64,000 nt of DNA from positions 35,526,001-35,590,000 of the forward strand of contig NC_043003.1 of NCBI RefSeq assembly GCF_006345805.1, written 5' to 3'. The notes below the pieces were generated by a model. It worked only from the letters and a program-made list of their open reading frames with translations, had not been told where the DNA came from and made no database searches. The translations under genes and the position numbers were made by a program. This stretch comes from Octopus sinensis. Taxonomy: Eukaryota. Shown here piece after piece: positions 52,562 through 64,000 of the stretch (position 1 is its first letter; each line of letters begins with the position of its first letter).

Positions 52562-55500
52562 AGACACCAAAAACACAAATTTGATGGAATACATCCAATC
52601 AAAAACAAACATAACAGAAGATGACATAAAAACAAACAACCACCCATACACAACACCACCAGACCACATCAAAATAATACACATCTCCAAAAGTCTGCAC
52701 CACACACTCAAAGGCATTTTCCCCAGTGCGGTTGGTAATGCCAAAAATATCTCACAAAGAAACTGTACTGGGATCTTCTCGAGGACAAACCAACGGAGGA
52801 GAAAGCAAAAACTTTCGAGCAGTAAGTAACCCTCTGTATTCTAATTCATTAGAACTATGATCAAGATTGGTTGTGTAAATGCGCGTGGCTTGGGGTCCCC
52901 TTGGAAACAAGGGTACCTCTTAAATGACATAAAGTCACATAAGTTAGAAATCATAGCCATAAGCGAGACCAGACTCCACAATCCGCGGGCCCTAAAGACC
53001 ATGTTTGGCGGACAGTTCAACATTTATTTTTCCCCCTGTCTGCCGAGAATGGGCGGTAGTGGCACCGCGGTACTTTTTCACAAGAGTCTGGATCTCAATG
53101 TAAGGACAATATTCGTAGACCCGGAGGGTAGACTGGTCGTCCTGGATGTCGACGGCAGCAATGGGTGCGCTTTTCGGCTCGTATCAGTTTACGCACCGCC
53201 CTTAACAGGTCGGGCGGATTTCTTTCAACGTCTAGAAGTTTTCTTGGGAACGTCTCGTCCTTTACTCTTAGTGGGGGATTGGAATGCTACCTTGGACACG
53301 CATGTAGACTACGTGGGTAGAGATAGGAATAGACGGGGATGCAAATGCCTCAGAGACCTGCTCAGACGCTTTCAACTGTCTGACAGGTTTCGACTAGACC
53401 ACCCGAATGCGCCAACGTGGACATGGAGCAACCGCATCGGGTCGTCGAGATCGTATCTAGATAGGATACTGTGTAGGACAGTAGATAGAGATAGCATAGG
53501 ATGTCCACAATTCCACATAGTCAGCTACACGGATCACAAACTTGTGACATGTACGCTAGACTTAGGTAAGACACTTAGGCAGGGTCCCGGATACTGGAAA
53601 CTAAACGCGTCTTTCCCATCGAGACAAGTTTTCAGAGACCGGATTAGCACACTAGTAAAGAGGGCTTTGACGGGAGCCATCATCAACAACTGGTGGTTTG
53701 CCCTCAAGAGAGCAGTAAAAGCAGAAGCGATTAGGTACAGCAAAGCACTAGCCATAGATAGAAATAGAGTAGAGGGTGAGCTAGTTAAGAAGCTAGAAGA
53801 GGCAATTAGAAGCGGCATCGCATCCGACGTTTTGGCGGCGAGGTTGGCCCTCGACCAACACTTCAACGCCAAACACGAAGGATGTGCTGTCAGAGCTAGG
53901 ATGCGTGCTCTAAGGAACGAAGGTGTTGGAGCCGCGAGAGAGGCCCGGGTGGCAGAGGCGCAACAGGGCAACAAAGCCACCATTCGGTCACTGGTAGATG
54001 AACAGGGGCGCGAATTGCTCGAGCCAAGTAAAATGTGTGAGGCCTTTCAGCAGCATTTTGCCCGACTGTTCGGAACGAGTGGAGGGCAAGAACGTAGGGT
54101 GGACTTCAGTGCCTACCTACATAGCCTACCACGACTCTCGACAAGAAAGGCAGGGTGCTGCGAAGGTGCCATCACGGCGGCGGAAGTGCGGGAGCGATGG
54201 CAGAATGCTCGAGGGACAAATCACCGGGTTTGGATGGTCTACCCTACGAGCTTTACAATTGTATGCCAGACTTGTTTGGAGATCTCTTGGCGGCGGTGTA
54301 CTGCAACTGGCAGCAAAACGGGAGCATTCCTGGTTTTGTGAGCCGAGGAGCCGTAACACTGCTGAAGAAAGATCTAAACAAGGGAAATGTAATAGATAAC
54401 TTTAGGCCCATCACTCTGCTTAATGCAGACTTGAAAATTTGGCCAAGGTGCTAGCCAAGAGGTTGGCGCTTGTCATCGAGAAACTGGTCGACAAGGCGCA
54501 AACATGCGCCGTGCCAGGCCGGACCATCCATGACAACCTCCATCTGATGCGCTACATCATAGACAGGGTAGTTAACGAACCTGGCATGGGTGGGCCCTGA
54601 TCAACTTGGATCAATCAAAAGCCTTTGATAGGGTAGACCATCGATACTTGGAGGCAGTCCTGAGAGCGGCTGGTTTCGGTCCCGTCTTCCGCGGCTGGAT
54701 AGCTGCCTTGTACAGAGCATCCGTTCGGTAATTCGCGTAAATGGACATCTATCGAGACCTTTCGACATTGCACGTTCGGTCCGTCAGGGATGCCCCCTCT
54801 CGGCGCTTCTATACGTATTGACTCTTGAGCCACTACTGCGGAAGCTGGCGACTCTAAGGGGCATCCCGCGAGAATTGGGATGCGGGACGAGCGTGTCTGC
54901 ATACGCGGACGACGTCACCGTCATAGTGTCTAGCCACGAGCACATCGAGCTGGTCGGCGAGACACTGAAAAACTACGAAGCGGTGACAGGAGCGAAATCA
55001 ACCGGGAAAAGTCAGTGGGCTTGCGACTAGGCACCTGGAGAAGCAAGCCCATGCCGTCCACCAGCGCCTCCGTCGTGGGACGCTGGACCGACGGCCCGGT
55101 TGAGTTGCTCGGGGTCTGGTTTGGTCCGGACCTCCAAGTGGAGAAGAACTGGAACGAGATAACGAGTAGGGTGGTCACTCTCGCCCGGCAATGGGCCGAG
55201 AGGAAACTGTCCCTAAAAGGTCGAGCGGAGGTGGCGAACACGTAACATCGCGTCCGTCATCTACTACCGCCTGACCGTCGTACCTTGTCCCGACCCTACC
55301 ATCACCAAACTACAACGCATCCTCTTTCGCTTCTTGTGGAAAGGATGCGTCCCGATGGTCAGGCGATCCATTTGCTGTCAACACCCGTTAAAAGGAGGGC
55401 TGGGCATGCCGTGGTTGATGATGCGCAGACACGCGCTGAGACTGCGACATCTGGCTCTATGTAGACGACGGTGAACAGGTGTGGTCGCCGTTTGTGAGGC

Positions 55501-56678
55501 ACGCTTTCCCGCAGCTCGTCTCCATGACCGAACTGCAGTCGTGGATCAAAAGAGGCCGAGGAAGGGCGAATGGCACCGCGAGTGTCGCGTTGCTCTCAAG
55601 CAACTCTGCCGTCCTGGGTCGACCTTAAGTGACTTCAACACAACCAAAGCATTCTATAGGGGTTTAGTGGAGGGGAGGTACGACGACGAGCTCGGGGCGA
55701 ACCTGGACGTCGACGAGGAGTACCTGACCCGCCTGTTCGGGACGACTTTCGGGCCAGGGCCCATGGACAACTTCCAGAGATCCCTGGCCTGGCAGTGCTA
55801 CCGAGAAGCGCTACCCGTTCGGGATAAGCTCTACAGACACGGCTCGAGAAACACGGGGCCGACCTGCCCGAGATGCGGTCAGAGAGCGACGAAACCGTTC
55901 TGCACGCACTCGTTCAGTGTCCAACAATTTCCGACCTGTGGGCTTATGTCGAACAACTGCTGTCACGTGTGGGACGAGTCGGTTATCAGCTGAGTCTATC
56001 GTCAATATTGTCACGCCTCCTCCTTCAAACGGGAAGGAAGAGCTATTTTCATCATCCTTGTGGCTATGGCGAAAGAATGTATCTGGTGGACGCGTCTGAA
56101 AGGATTGGAGACAAACACTTTCCTCTCTGGTCAATCTCTCATCAACTTCTTCAAGTACCACTTGAAAAGGAAAGTGAGAGTAGAGAGGCAAGTTTTGTCT
56201 AGCGAATGTTTTAAAAAAAGATGGGTGAATGTAGCAAGAATGGCACGTATGAATGACGAAGCCACCTTGAGCATAGTCCTATGAACCCAGAAATCGAAAA
56301 CAGAGAGTTGCTTATTTGCAAAAAAAAAAAAAAAAAAAAAAAATATAAAATGTGACTTCATTGACCGAGGTTACCGTGGTCTTTTCCGCAGGCTTTCTTT
56401 CCACGGGTAAACCTCACCTGTCCTCCCCTTTACACTTCATATTGACATTTCTGTGATAACGATCCCTATTGATCATTTTTTTTTCTCTCCCCCCCCCTTT
56501 TTTTTTTTTTTTTTTTTAATTTAACCCCCCTTATTTTTGTCCCTCTTTCTCTCCTTTTACGATCCCTTTTGATCGAACCTCCCCCTTCCTTTTTTTTTTT
56601 TTTTTTAATACCTTCAAAAGAAAAGCTCTACCTTGTAATTTGTTCTATCTGTGTGCAGCCCTGTGTGGCTAATAAAGA

Positions 56679-56680
<2 letters not shown>
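52562..56680 (+). mobile_element. Tx1/L1-clade LINE: ORF1 C-terminus, ORF2, 3' UTR; flanked by (TA)n
   Basis: APE (VNARGL, SETRL, VGDWNA, YLDRI, TDHKLV), RT (SPGLDG, FRPITLLNAD, DQSKAFDRVDH, RQGCPLS, YADD), C-terminal CPRC..ETVLHALVQC. Confidence 0.93.
52857..56284 (+). pseudogene. Tx1-type ORF2 (endonuclease-RT-zinc knuckle), multiple frameshifts
   Basis: Motifs distributed over ORFs 52857-54341, 54155-54454, 54818-55030, 55015-55245, 55481-55993, 55873-56202 and 56060-56284. Confidence 0.9.
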
Positions 56681-56704
<24 letters not shown>

Positions 56705-56728
<24 letters not shown>

Positions 56729-56900
56729 GGGAAAGTTTGCGAAAAAAACAAAAGACGAAGACGGGTGGTGTACAAAAAAAACCCATTTATTCGTATAGCG
56801 CTCAGGAATAGAAAAAGTCTTTTACGTTTCGATCCTACGCTCTTCTACAGAAAGGGACACAGAAAAACAAGGAGAGAAAAAAAAGGAGAGAAAAAGGGAG
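56705..56900 (-). mobile_element. PLE 3' terminal repeat with hammerhead-like motif
   Basis: Reverse complement homologous to 46620-46710 and 23060-23260. Confidence 0.8.
56817..56855 (-). ncRNA. Hammerhead-like motif with U6 core (CUGUAGA), GUA site
   Basis: Minus strand: ccuuu CUGUAGA a gagc-guag-gauc GAAA cg UA aaagac; one stem II mismatch. Confidence 0.5.
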
Positions 56901-57266
56901 AGAGAGAAATGTGTGTAGTGGTTAATGATCTATCATATCTATATATATATATATTACATGAAATTCCATCTCACAAGTGACAGTCCGAACCATTGTCTCC
57001 CATTCAACTTATAAGGTTAATCACCAGATTAGCAATTTTATCTTATTCGCTGTTTTTTTTTTTTTACTTCATATTAAATTTTAAATTAAACAAAAAATGC
57101 TCAATCTGGCTTATTTTCCTTAAAACGGCCTTTCTTTCTCTTTTACTTACTTTCTCATTTTCTATGTCCTTGTTTCTCCTAACATCGTTTTTATATATTT
57201 TATATATTTTCATTCTTGTTTTTTGTCTTCCAACACCTCCAACTCCACTCCACAATAGAAATCATT

Positions 57267-57355
<89 letters not shown>
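57267..57355. repeat. (GATA)n microsatellite
   Basis: Direct reading. Confidence 0.95.
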
Positions 57356-57356
<1 letters not shown>

Positions 57357-57443
57357 TGAAAGTATATGTATATAACTCCAGTATAGAAAAACATTAACTC
57401 CAGCCAAATAATATCATATATATTTATAATTTAATACACATAT

Positions 57444-57810
57444 GGGTGCAGGTGTGGCAGTTTGGTAAGAAACTTGCTTCTCAACGATATCGTTTCGGGT
57501 TCAGTTCCACTGCGAGGCACCTTTGGCGAGTATCGTCGACTATTACTTCGGGTCGACGAAATCTTTGTCAGTGGATTTGGTAGACGGAAATTGCAATAAT
57601 CTCGTCGTGTGTGTTTTTGTCCCCCATTACCATTTGACAAACGATGTTTATGTATTTATGTCCCGTAACTTAGCTTTTCGGCAAATAGTACGATAGAATA
57701 TGGAATGGGCTTACGAAAATATGCTGGTATCGATTTGTTGAGAATATAACTCTTCAAGACGCTGCTCCAGCATGGCCACAGTCTAATGACTGAAACAAAA
57801 AGGAAGATAA
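57444..57810 (+). mobile_element. CORE-type SINE
   Basis: ggtgtggcagtttggtaag...gggttcagttccactgcgaggcacctttggc...ggatttggtagacggaaa...gctccagcatggccac. Confidence 0.8.
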
Positions 57811-57878
57811 AATAAAATATATGTGTATTTTATGGTGGATGTAGACGTGAATGTGTGTACGTGTGTATGTATATATAT

Positions 57879-57960
<82 letters not shown>

Positions 57961-58095
57961 AAATACAAACGCGCACGTGTGCACACATACATACACATAC
58001 ATATATGTATATGTATATCGTATATTTATAAATATATACATATTTTTATATGTATTCATATATTTATGTACATATATACATACGTATACATACAT

Positions 58096-58144
<49 letters not shown>

Positions 58145-58714
58145 TAGATATAGAGAAAGAAAGACAGAGAGAGAAAGACGGAGAGAACGAGGGATGGTGT
58201 GACGATATACGGGAGAGGAAACAGAAGTTTAAGATGTCACTAATACTTATTGTTCTCAAATATTCTCACATTTTTGTTGCTCCTTTTAACTTCTCTTTCT
58301 ACATGGTTGATTTCTGCGATAAATGGAAAAATACAACTATATAGAACAGCGTTCGCTGTGTTGAAACATGAGAATTTACAGCTCAACTCCCCAGTAAAAA
58401 TTTCGTTTGACAATTATCACTAAAATTGACATTAATAACAAAGACTTTTAGCCGTTGGTCTCTAAGCGAATTTGGTATACCACATGATTTTAATTCAGCA
58501 GTATTATTTTGAATTACTGTAGTAGTATCTGAAATGCTTTTACATGCTTCCAGAACTGTTTGATATAGTTCCACTGAATCTCTTTGAAATCATAACCCTA
58601 TTATGTCCGAATTACGGTACACATTATATATATTGATGACCTGTTGATGTGGTGTTTTCCGCTCGCATATTGCTTATTATCTATAATCAAGTGTAAAGGA
58701 AACAGCTGTAAAAG

Positions 58715-59115
58715 AAAAGCTGTATGTAAGAAGTTTGCTTCCCAAACACAGGGCTCCGGGTTCAGTCCAACTGCGTGGCACTTTGGGCAAATGTCTTTTA
58801 CTATAGCCTCGGCTTTATCAAAGCCTTGTAAGTGCATTTGGTTACGGAGTCTGTTGGAATCTCGTTGTATATATGTATATATATAGGTGAGTATGTCTTT
58901 GTGTCTGCTTGTCCCTCAGCATCGCTTGATAACCGGCTTTCGTATATTTACGCCCCAGTAACTTACCAGTTTGGCAAAGAGAGAGATAAAGCAGGTACTA
59001 GACTTCAAAATAAATATGTACTACGATAGATTTAGTTCGACTAAAAACTTTCCAAGGCGGTGCACCAGTATCACCACAGTTTAATGACTGACACAAGTAA
59101 AAGAATAAAAGAATA
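58715..59115 (+). mobile_element. CORE-type SINE
   Basis: aagaagtttgcttccc...gggttcagtccaactgcgtggcactttgggcaaatgtc. Confidence 0.8.
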
Positions 59116-59151
59116 TATTTCACATTCAGCGTAAAAATATGCTTAGATAAG

Positions 59152-59500
59152 ATGTGGTGGAAGCACTCCGTCGGTTACGACGACGAGGGTTCCGGTTGAT
59201 CCGAATCAACGGAACAGCCTGCTCGTGAAATTAACGTGTAAGTGGCTGAGCACTCCACAGACACGCGCACTCTTAACGCAGTTCTCGGGGATATTCAGCG
59301 TAACACAGAGAGTGACAAGGCCGGCCCTTTGAAATACAGGTACAACAGAAACAGGAAGTAAGAGTGAGAGAAAGTTGTGGTGAAAGAGTACAGCAGGGAT
59401 CACCACCATCCCCTGCCGGAGCCTCGTGGAGCTTTAGGTGTTTTCGCTCAATAAACACTCACAACGCCCGGTCTGGGAATCGTAACCGCAATCCTATGAC
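59152..59500 (-). mobile_element. Well-preserved tRNA-derived SINE of a further family, 5'-truncated
   Basis: Minus strand starts with B-box-like ggttacgattcccagacc; GC-rich body ending ccctcgtcgtcgtaaccgacggagtgc. Confidence 0.65.
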
Positions 59501-60112
59501 TTACATTACTTCGATGTCGATAAAATAAGTGCCAGTTTAATACTGAGGTCGAGATAATCGACTTAACCCCTGCCCAGAAACTGCTGGCCTTGTGCCAAAA
59601 TTTGAAATCAATATTACCAAATTAAGAAGTAACTAAAGCTCATTTCAAACATTCAATTGCTCATCACCTGTATAGAGGTTTCAGCTTAACGGCTTTCTTC
59701 AGTCAATGAAATTCCTCTATGAAAAGTTTTTGGGATTCATTGAAGAAATATATCTTTTAAAAAGTTACATTTGAAGGAAAAGTTCATTATCATTACGTAA
59801 CAAAAGTGTACGTAATAATTAAATATATGTTTTGCTACAACGAGTTAAATGGCGTTCGACAAAAAAAAAAAAAATACTGGATTTCCACAGCACGATTTCA
59901 GCAGAAGTGACTCCCTTTTTTAAGTACAACTCTAAAACAAATATTTTTATAAATTTTAATGGCGATATTACCTCCTTAACCTAATTACACCAAGGTTTAT
60001 TTTGCCCCTCATCTTTTCGAAGTCAATTAAATAAACGCCAGTTGAGCTCTGGAGTCGATGTAATCAACTATCGCCTCCCACAAACTTCAGCCCTTGTGCC
60101 TATAGAAGAAAG

Positions 60113-60151
60113 GATTATTATTATTATAATTATTATTATTATTATTATTAT

Positions 60152-60206
<55 letters not shown>

Positions 60207-60250
60207 GGTGGTCGTGGTGGTGGTGGTCGTGGTGGTGGTGGTGGTGGTGG
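60113..60250. repeat. Graded trinucleotide tract (ATT)n-(AGT)n-(GGT)n
   Basis: Direct reading. Confidence 0.95.
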
Positions 60251-60657
60251 CTTATCACAACGTTTTTTAATAATCCATTTAGTCCAACTCATAATGTTAT
60301 TAGTTTCAAATTTCGCACTTGATCGTAGGAGTTTAATTAAAGGAACTGCATCATATGTATTACTGTTGCATTTTTCATATCCCAATCGCAATGAAAACCA
60401 AAAGGCAGCTTGAAAAGATTTAGAAAATCGGACGTTGAGAACAGTGATTTTCTAAAATTGACAGAGACTCACTCTTATGCTGTAGATGATAGTGGATTAT
60501 ATCGACGTCAATTCTTAACTGGTTTTATTTTGTAGAACCCGAAAAAAAATTTAAAACATCACCTAATGCCGACGGTAACTGAACCGAAAATATATATAGA
60601 TATAACGAGATATATGATATTTTCACCCAATCATCTGGATTTGCTACTCGAAATGCT

Positions 60658-60701
<44 letters not shown>

Positions 60702-60902
60702 TTTCATTGTTGTCGTCAAATGCAGGTATAATTGTTGGTGTCCCAAGTCAGTTTAGAGCAGATTTACTCACAGGAAAAGAGGTTTTTTTCTGCCATTTCT
60801 TACAATTTAAACGATGATTTACAAACTCCCCACCCCGACTCGTTGACACGTTTGCTATATATATGCATACAGAGAGACAGAGACGGAGACATGGAGTGAA
60901 TC

Positions 60903-60966
<64 letters not shown>

Positions 60967-61739
60967 GCATATACGTTGGCAAGTAAGTTATAGTTAATAC
61001 ATCCGAAACGTGTCCGAATTTATTTCCCGTAGTAGCTGAAATTCAATACAGCCGGTGTTACGTTCGAAACCCCACCTGTCGATAGGTGAAAATCTGCGAA
61101 GTAGAAATAGTACTGTATATATTTTGTAATTATTTTTAGAAGTTGTATATATTTATTTTATTATAACTGCAAAACAACACCACGGAGAAATCGACGTAAA
61201 CTTAAATAATAAATTGCTATAGGTGAACAGCGATATGGCGAGGGATTTGTCTATTACTAATATTTTTCCTTTTGTTTTTTGGCTTATTTGTTTCACTGCC
61301 TATTTGCGTATATGCAGTTCTCTGTAATAAAAATGTTATCATTTATGTAACTATGTGTAAATATGCGTGTGCATTTAGAATCTTACAAGACTAATTTTGA
61401 CATGTGTCCCAGCATCTTGAATATGTGAGAGGCTTTGTATAACACATGGAAACGTGTGTTCGTGGAATGGTATAAAATAAATGCTAGCGTATGTGTACAG
61501 TCAAGAGGCATGTGTGATTTAATTTTTCCTCAGAACATTCCAACAAGGGACTATACGATGAAATTTCAGTAGTTTTGTAAAATGTGTTCATATTTTTGTA
61601 TCTGTTTACACATCTTTCCATTTTATCTATCAGTCTACATATCTATTTATATACATCCATGTATAAGCCTATGTGTTCTGTCTAGACAAGTATTTTGACC
61701 CTTGTTTTATCTCTAACTCTGTCTCTCCCTCTCCATCTT

Positions 61740-61771
<32 letters not shown>

Positions 61772-62039
61772 CCTCATTTGCTAATCACTTTTTATCCTGC
61801 CTTTGTCGTTCTATTCATATACATACCAAAATACGCCCTCACACAATACGCCCTCAAACAATGTGTGTGTGTGAGAGGCTCTACTGTTTTCGGTATATTA
61901 GATGTGTACATACGATCATAAAGACAAATAGACAGCACGTTTATACACGTAACACATATATTCACATACACAAAAACATACAGGTTGCATATTTCTTTAA
62001 TCTCTCTCCCCTTCGACACTGGTCTATCTTTCTTTCTAT

Positions 62040-62170
<131 letters not shown>

Positions 62171-62508
62171 TCGAAATATATAACTTTCTGTCTATCTAGC
62201 TACTTAGCTGTCTGCTATCTGTCTACCAATCTGTCTATCTATGCTTATACTTACACTTACACATACATATATACATATATACATGCATGCGTACATACAT
62301 GCATGCGTACATACATGCATACATGCGTGCATACATGCATAAATACATATATACATATGTGTGTATGTACCTACATATATATATGTATGCATATTTATAT
62401 AGATGTATATATATATGTATATATCAGCATACAATTATTTACATGCATACATACAAAAGCACGCACACAGAAACACACACAGAAACACACAGAAATACGT
62501 GCGCGCAG

Positions 62509-62549
<41 letters not shown>

Positions 62550-63029
62550 AGTCTACGTACATATTTCCATCTACACATGTACACATAAATATATATATAT
62601 ATCTATATATGTCTATATATCTTTCTATCTATCAACCCATACTATCTCCCATCCCGGCAACAACAACATCCCGGTTAGGAAAAGCTTGAAAACACGCCGA
62701 AGACAATCGTTTGCTGTCAGATCTGATTGGCAGTATTCGGACAAGCTGACTGTTTGAGAGCCCACTTGCTTCTAATGGTTTCTGTCAGGACTAATCACCA
62801 ACAACTACCATCCATTTGCCTTTACTACTCTCTTGTTCTCAGAACTGCAATATTTTGTCAGAATATTTAAAACGCACCTTCTGAACATTTGTTTATTTTC
62901 TTGTTTCCATTTTTGCTGTTATTCTTTTTCTCGTGCTCTTTCAAGACTCTAAACATTCTATGGCTCAAACCACATTTCTCTTATTCTTTCCTTCTCTTCC
63001 TTTTCCATCTATCTGTTTGTCTGTGTGTG

Positions 63030-63064
<35 letters not shown>

Positions 63065-64000
63065 ACACACACAAACACTCATATAGATATATATAACCAT
63101 ATGAATTTGTACACATGCATGTATATGTGTGTGTGTGTAAGCGGTTGTGTGTTTACGTGTATATATATATATATATATATTGTTACATAGATACATAGAT
63201 TGATAGATAGATAGATGTAGATATATGTATAAGTATGTACATATACGCACACATCTACGCTTATATATATGCATGCCTATATGGGGAGAGAGAGAGAAAG
63301 AATGAAAGAAAGAAAGAAGTGATTGTACATAATTTATATACACATAAGAAACATTTTATATGTCATATATATATATATATATATACATTCGTGCATTTAT
63401 ATATGTGTGTATGTATATATATATATACTTATATATATTTAGAGGGACAGAGAGAGATACATAATATAGATATTATATATGCATATCATATATATAATAT
63501 TTTGACGCATATTAGCACATGTATGTGTGAGTGTGTGTATGTGTGTGTGTATGTGTGTTGAGAATATACATATACATATACATATGTGTGTATGTATTCT
63601 CACACTTGTCTACATATACACTCTTACACACTCCTCAGATGCAAAGTCATGTAAACCATTTCAAATCAACATAACTCTACACATCAATACCATCAACTAT
63701 CATAAGATGTTTAATTTTATTAAAACTCATAGTTTTTTTCTTTACTTTTCCGTTTGCTTATATTTATAAATCTCTTTGTGTCTCTGTACCTCTTTTCCCG
63801 TTCTCTACACTTCATTATGTCTTTAAGTTATTAGATTTTTTTTTGTTCTGGTTCACCCAATCCCCATTCAACTACTTATACGCCCCATATACGTACAATA
63901 TTTTAAATATACGCATGTATGAATGCGTGCGAATATGCGCGAGTTAGTGTGTGTTTCTGTGTGTGTGTGTGTGTGTGTCTGTAAACGTGTTTGTATAAGT

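Noticed and set aside
52386-52829. 147-aa ORF
   Set aside because: Chance fusion of SINE and microsatellite sequence to the Tx1 ORF1 tail.

Overview
AT-rich, microsatellite-dense eukaryotic DNA with no convincing host protein-coding gene. The SINE and LINE repertoire suggests a cephalopod (octopus-like) genome; this is inference. Nearly all ORFs in the supplied track are microsatellite artefacts or retroelement remnants. Supported elements: an R4/Dong-type REL LINE in (TAA)n (9.3-11.2 kb, plus two 3' fragments near 51 kb), an RTE LINE (14.5-17.2 kb), a Tx1/L1-clade LINE (52.6-56.7 kb), decayed CR1-like LINEs, a mariner relic, non-autonomous Helitron-like elements, several tRNA-derived SINE families, and Penelope-like elements (PLEs), including a GIY-YIG fragment at 45 kb and a Naiad-type fragment at 20.2-20.8 kb that the ORF track misses. 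The most striking signal is a set of minimal type I hammerhead-ribozyme-like motifs at PLE-type termini with non-canonical cores: U3:A8 (12245-12286), G3:C8 (two identical copies, 17753-17802 and 32892-32941) and U6 (46670, 56817, decayed 23122). Positions 3 and 8 form the known tertiary base pair, so the first two look like compensatory covariation. A second strong signal is that one SINE family shares its 3' tail (33/41 nt, ungapped) with the Tx1 LINE. All folds and alignments were done by eye; no catalytic activity is demonstrated.
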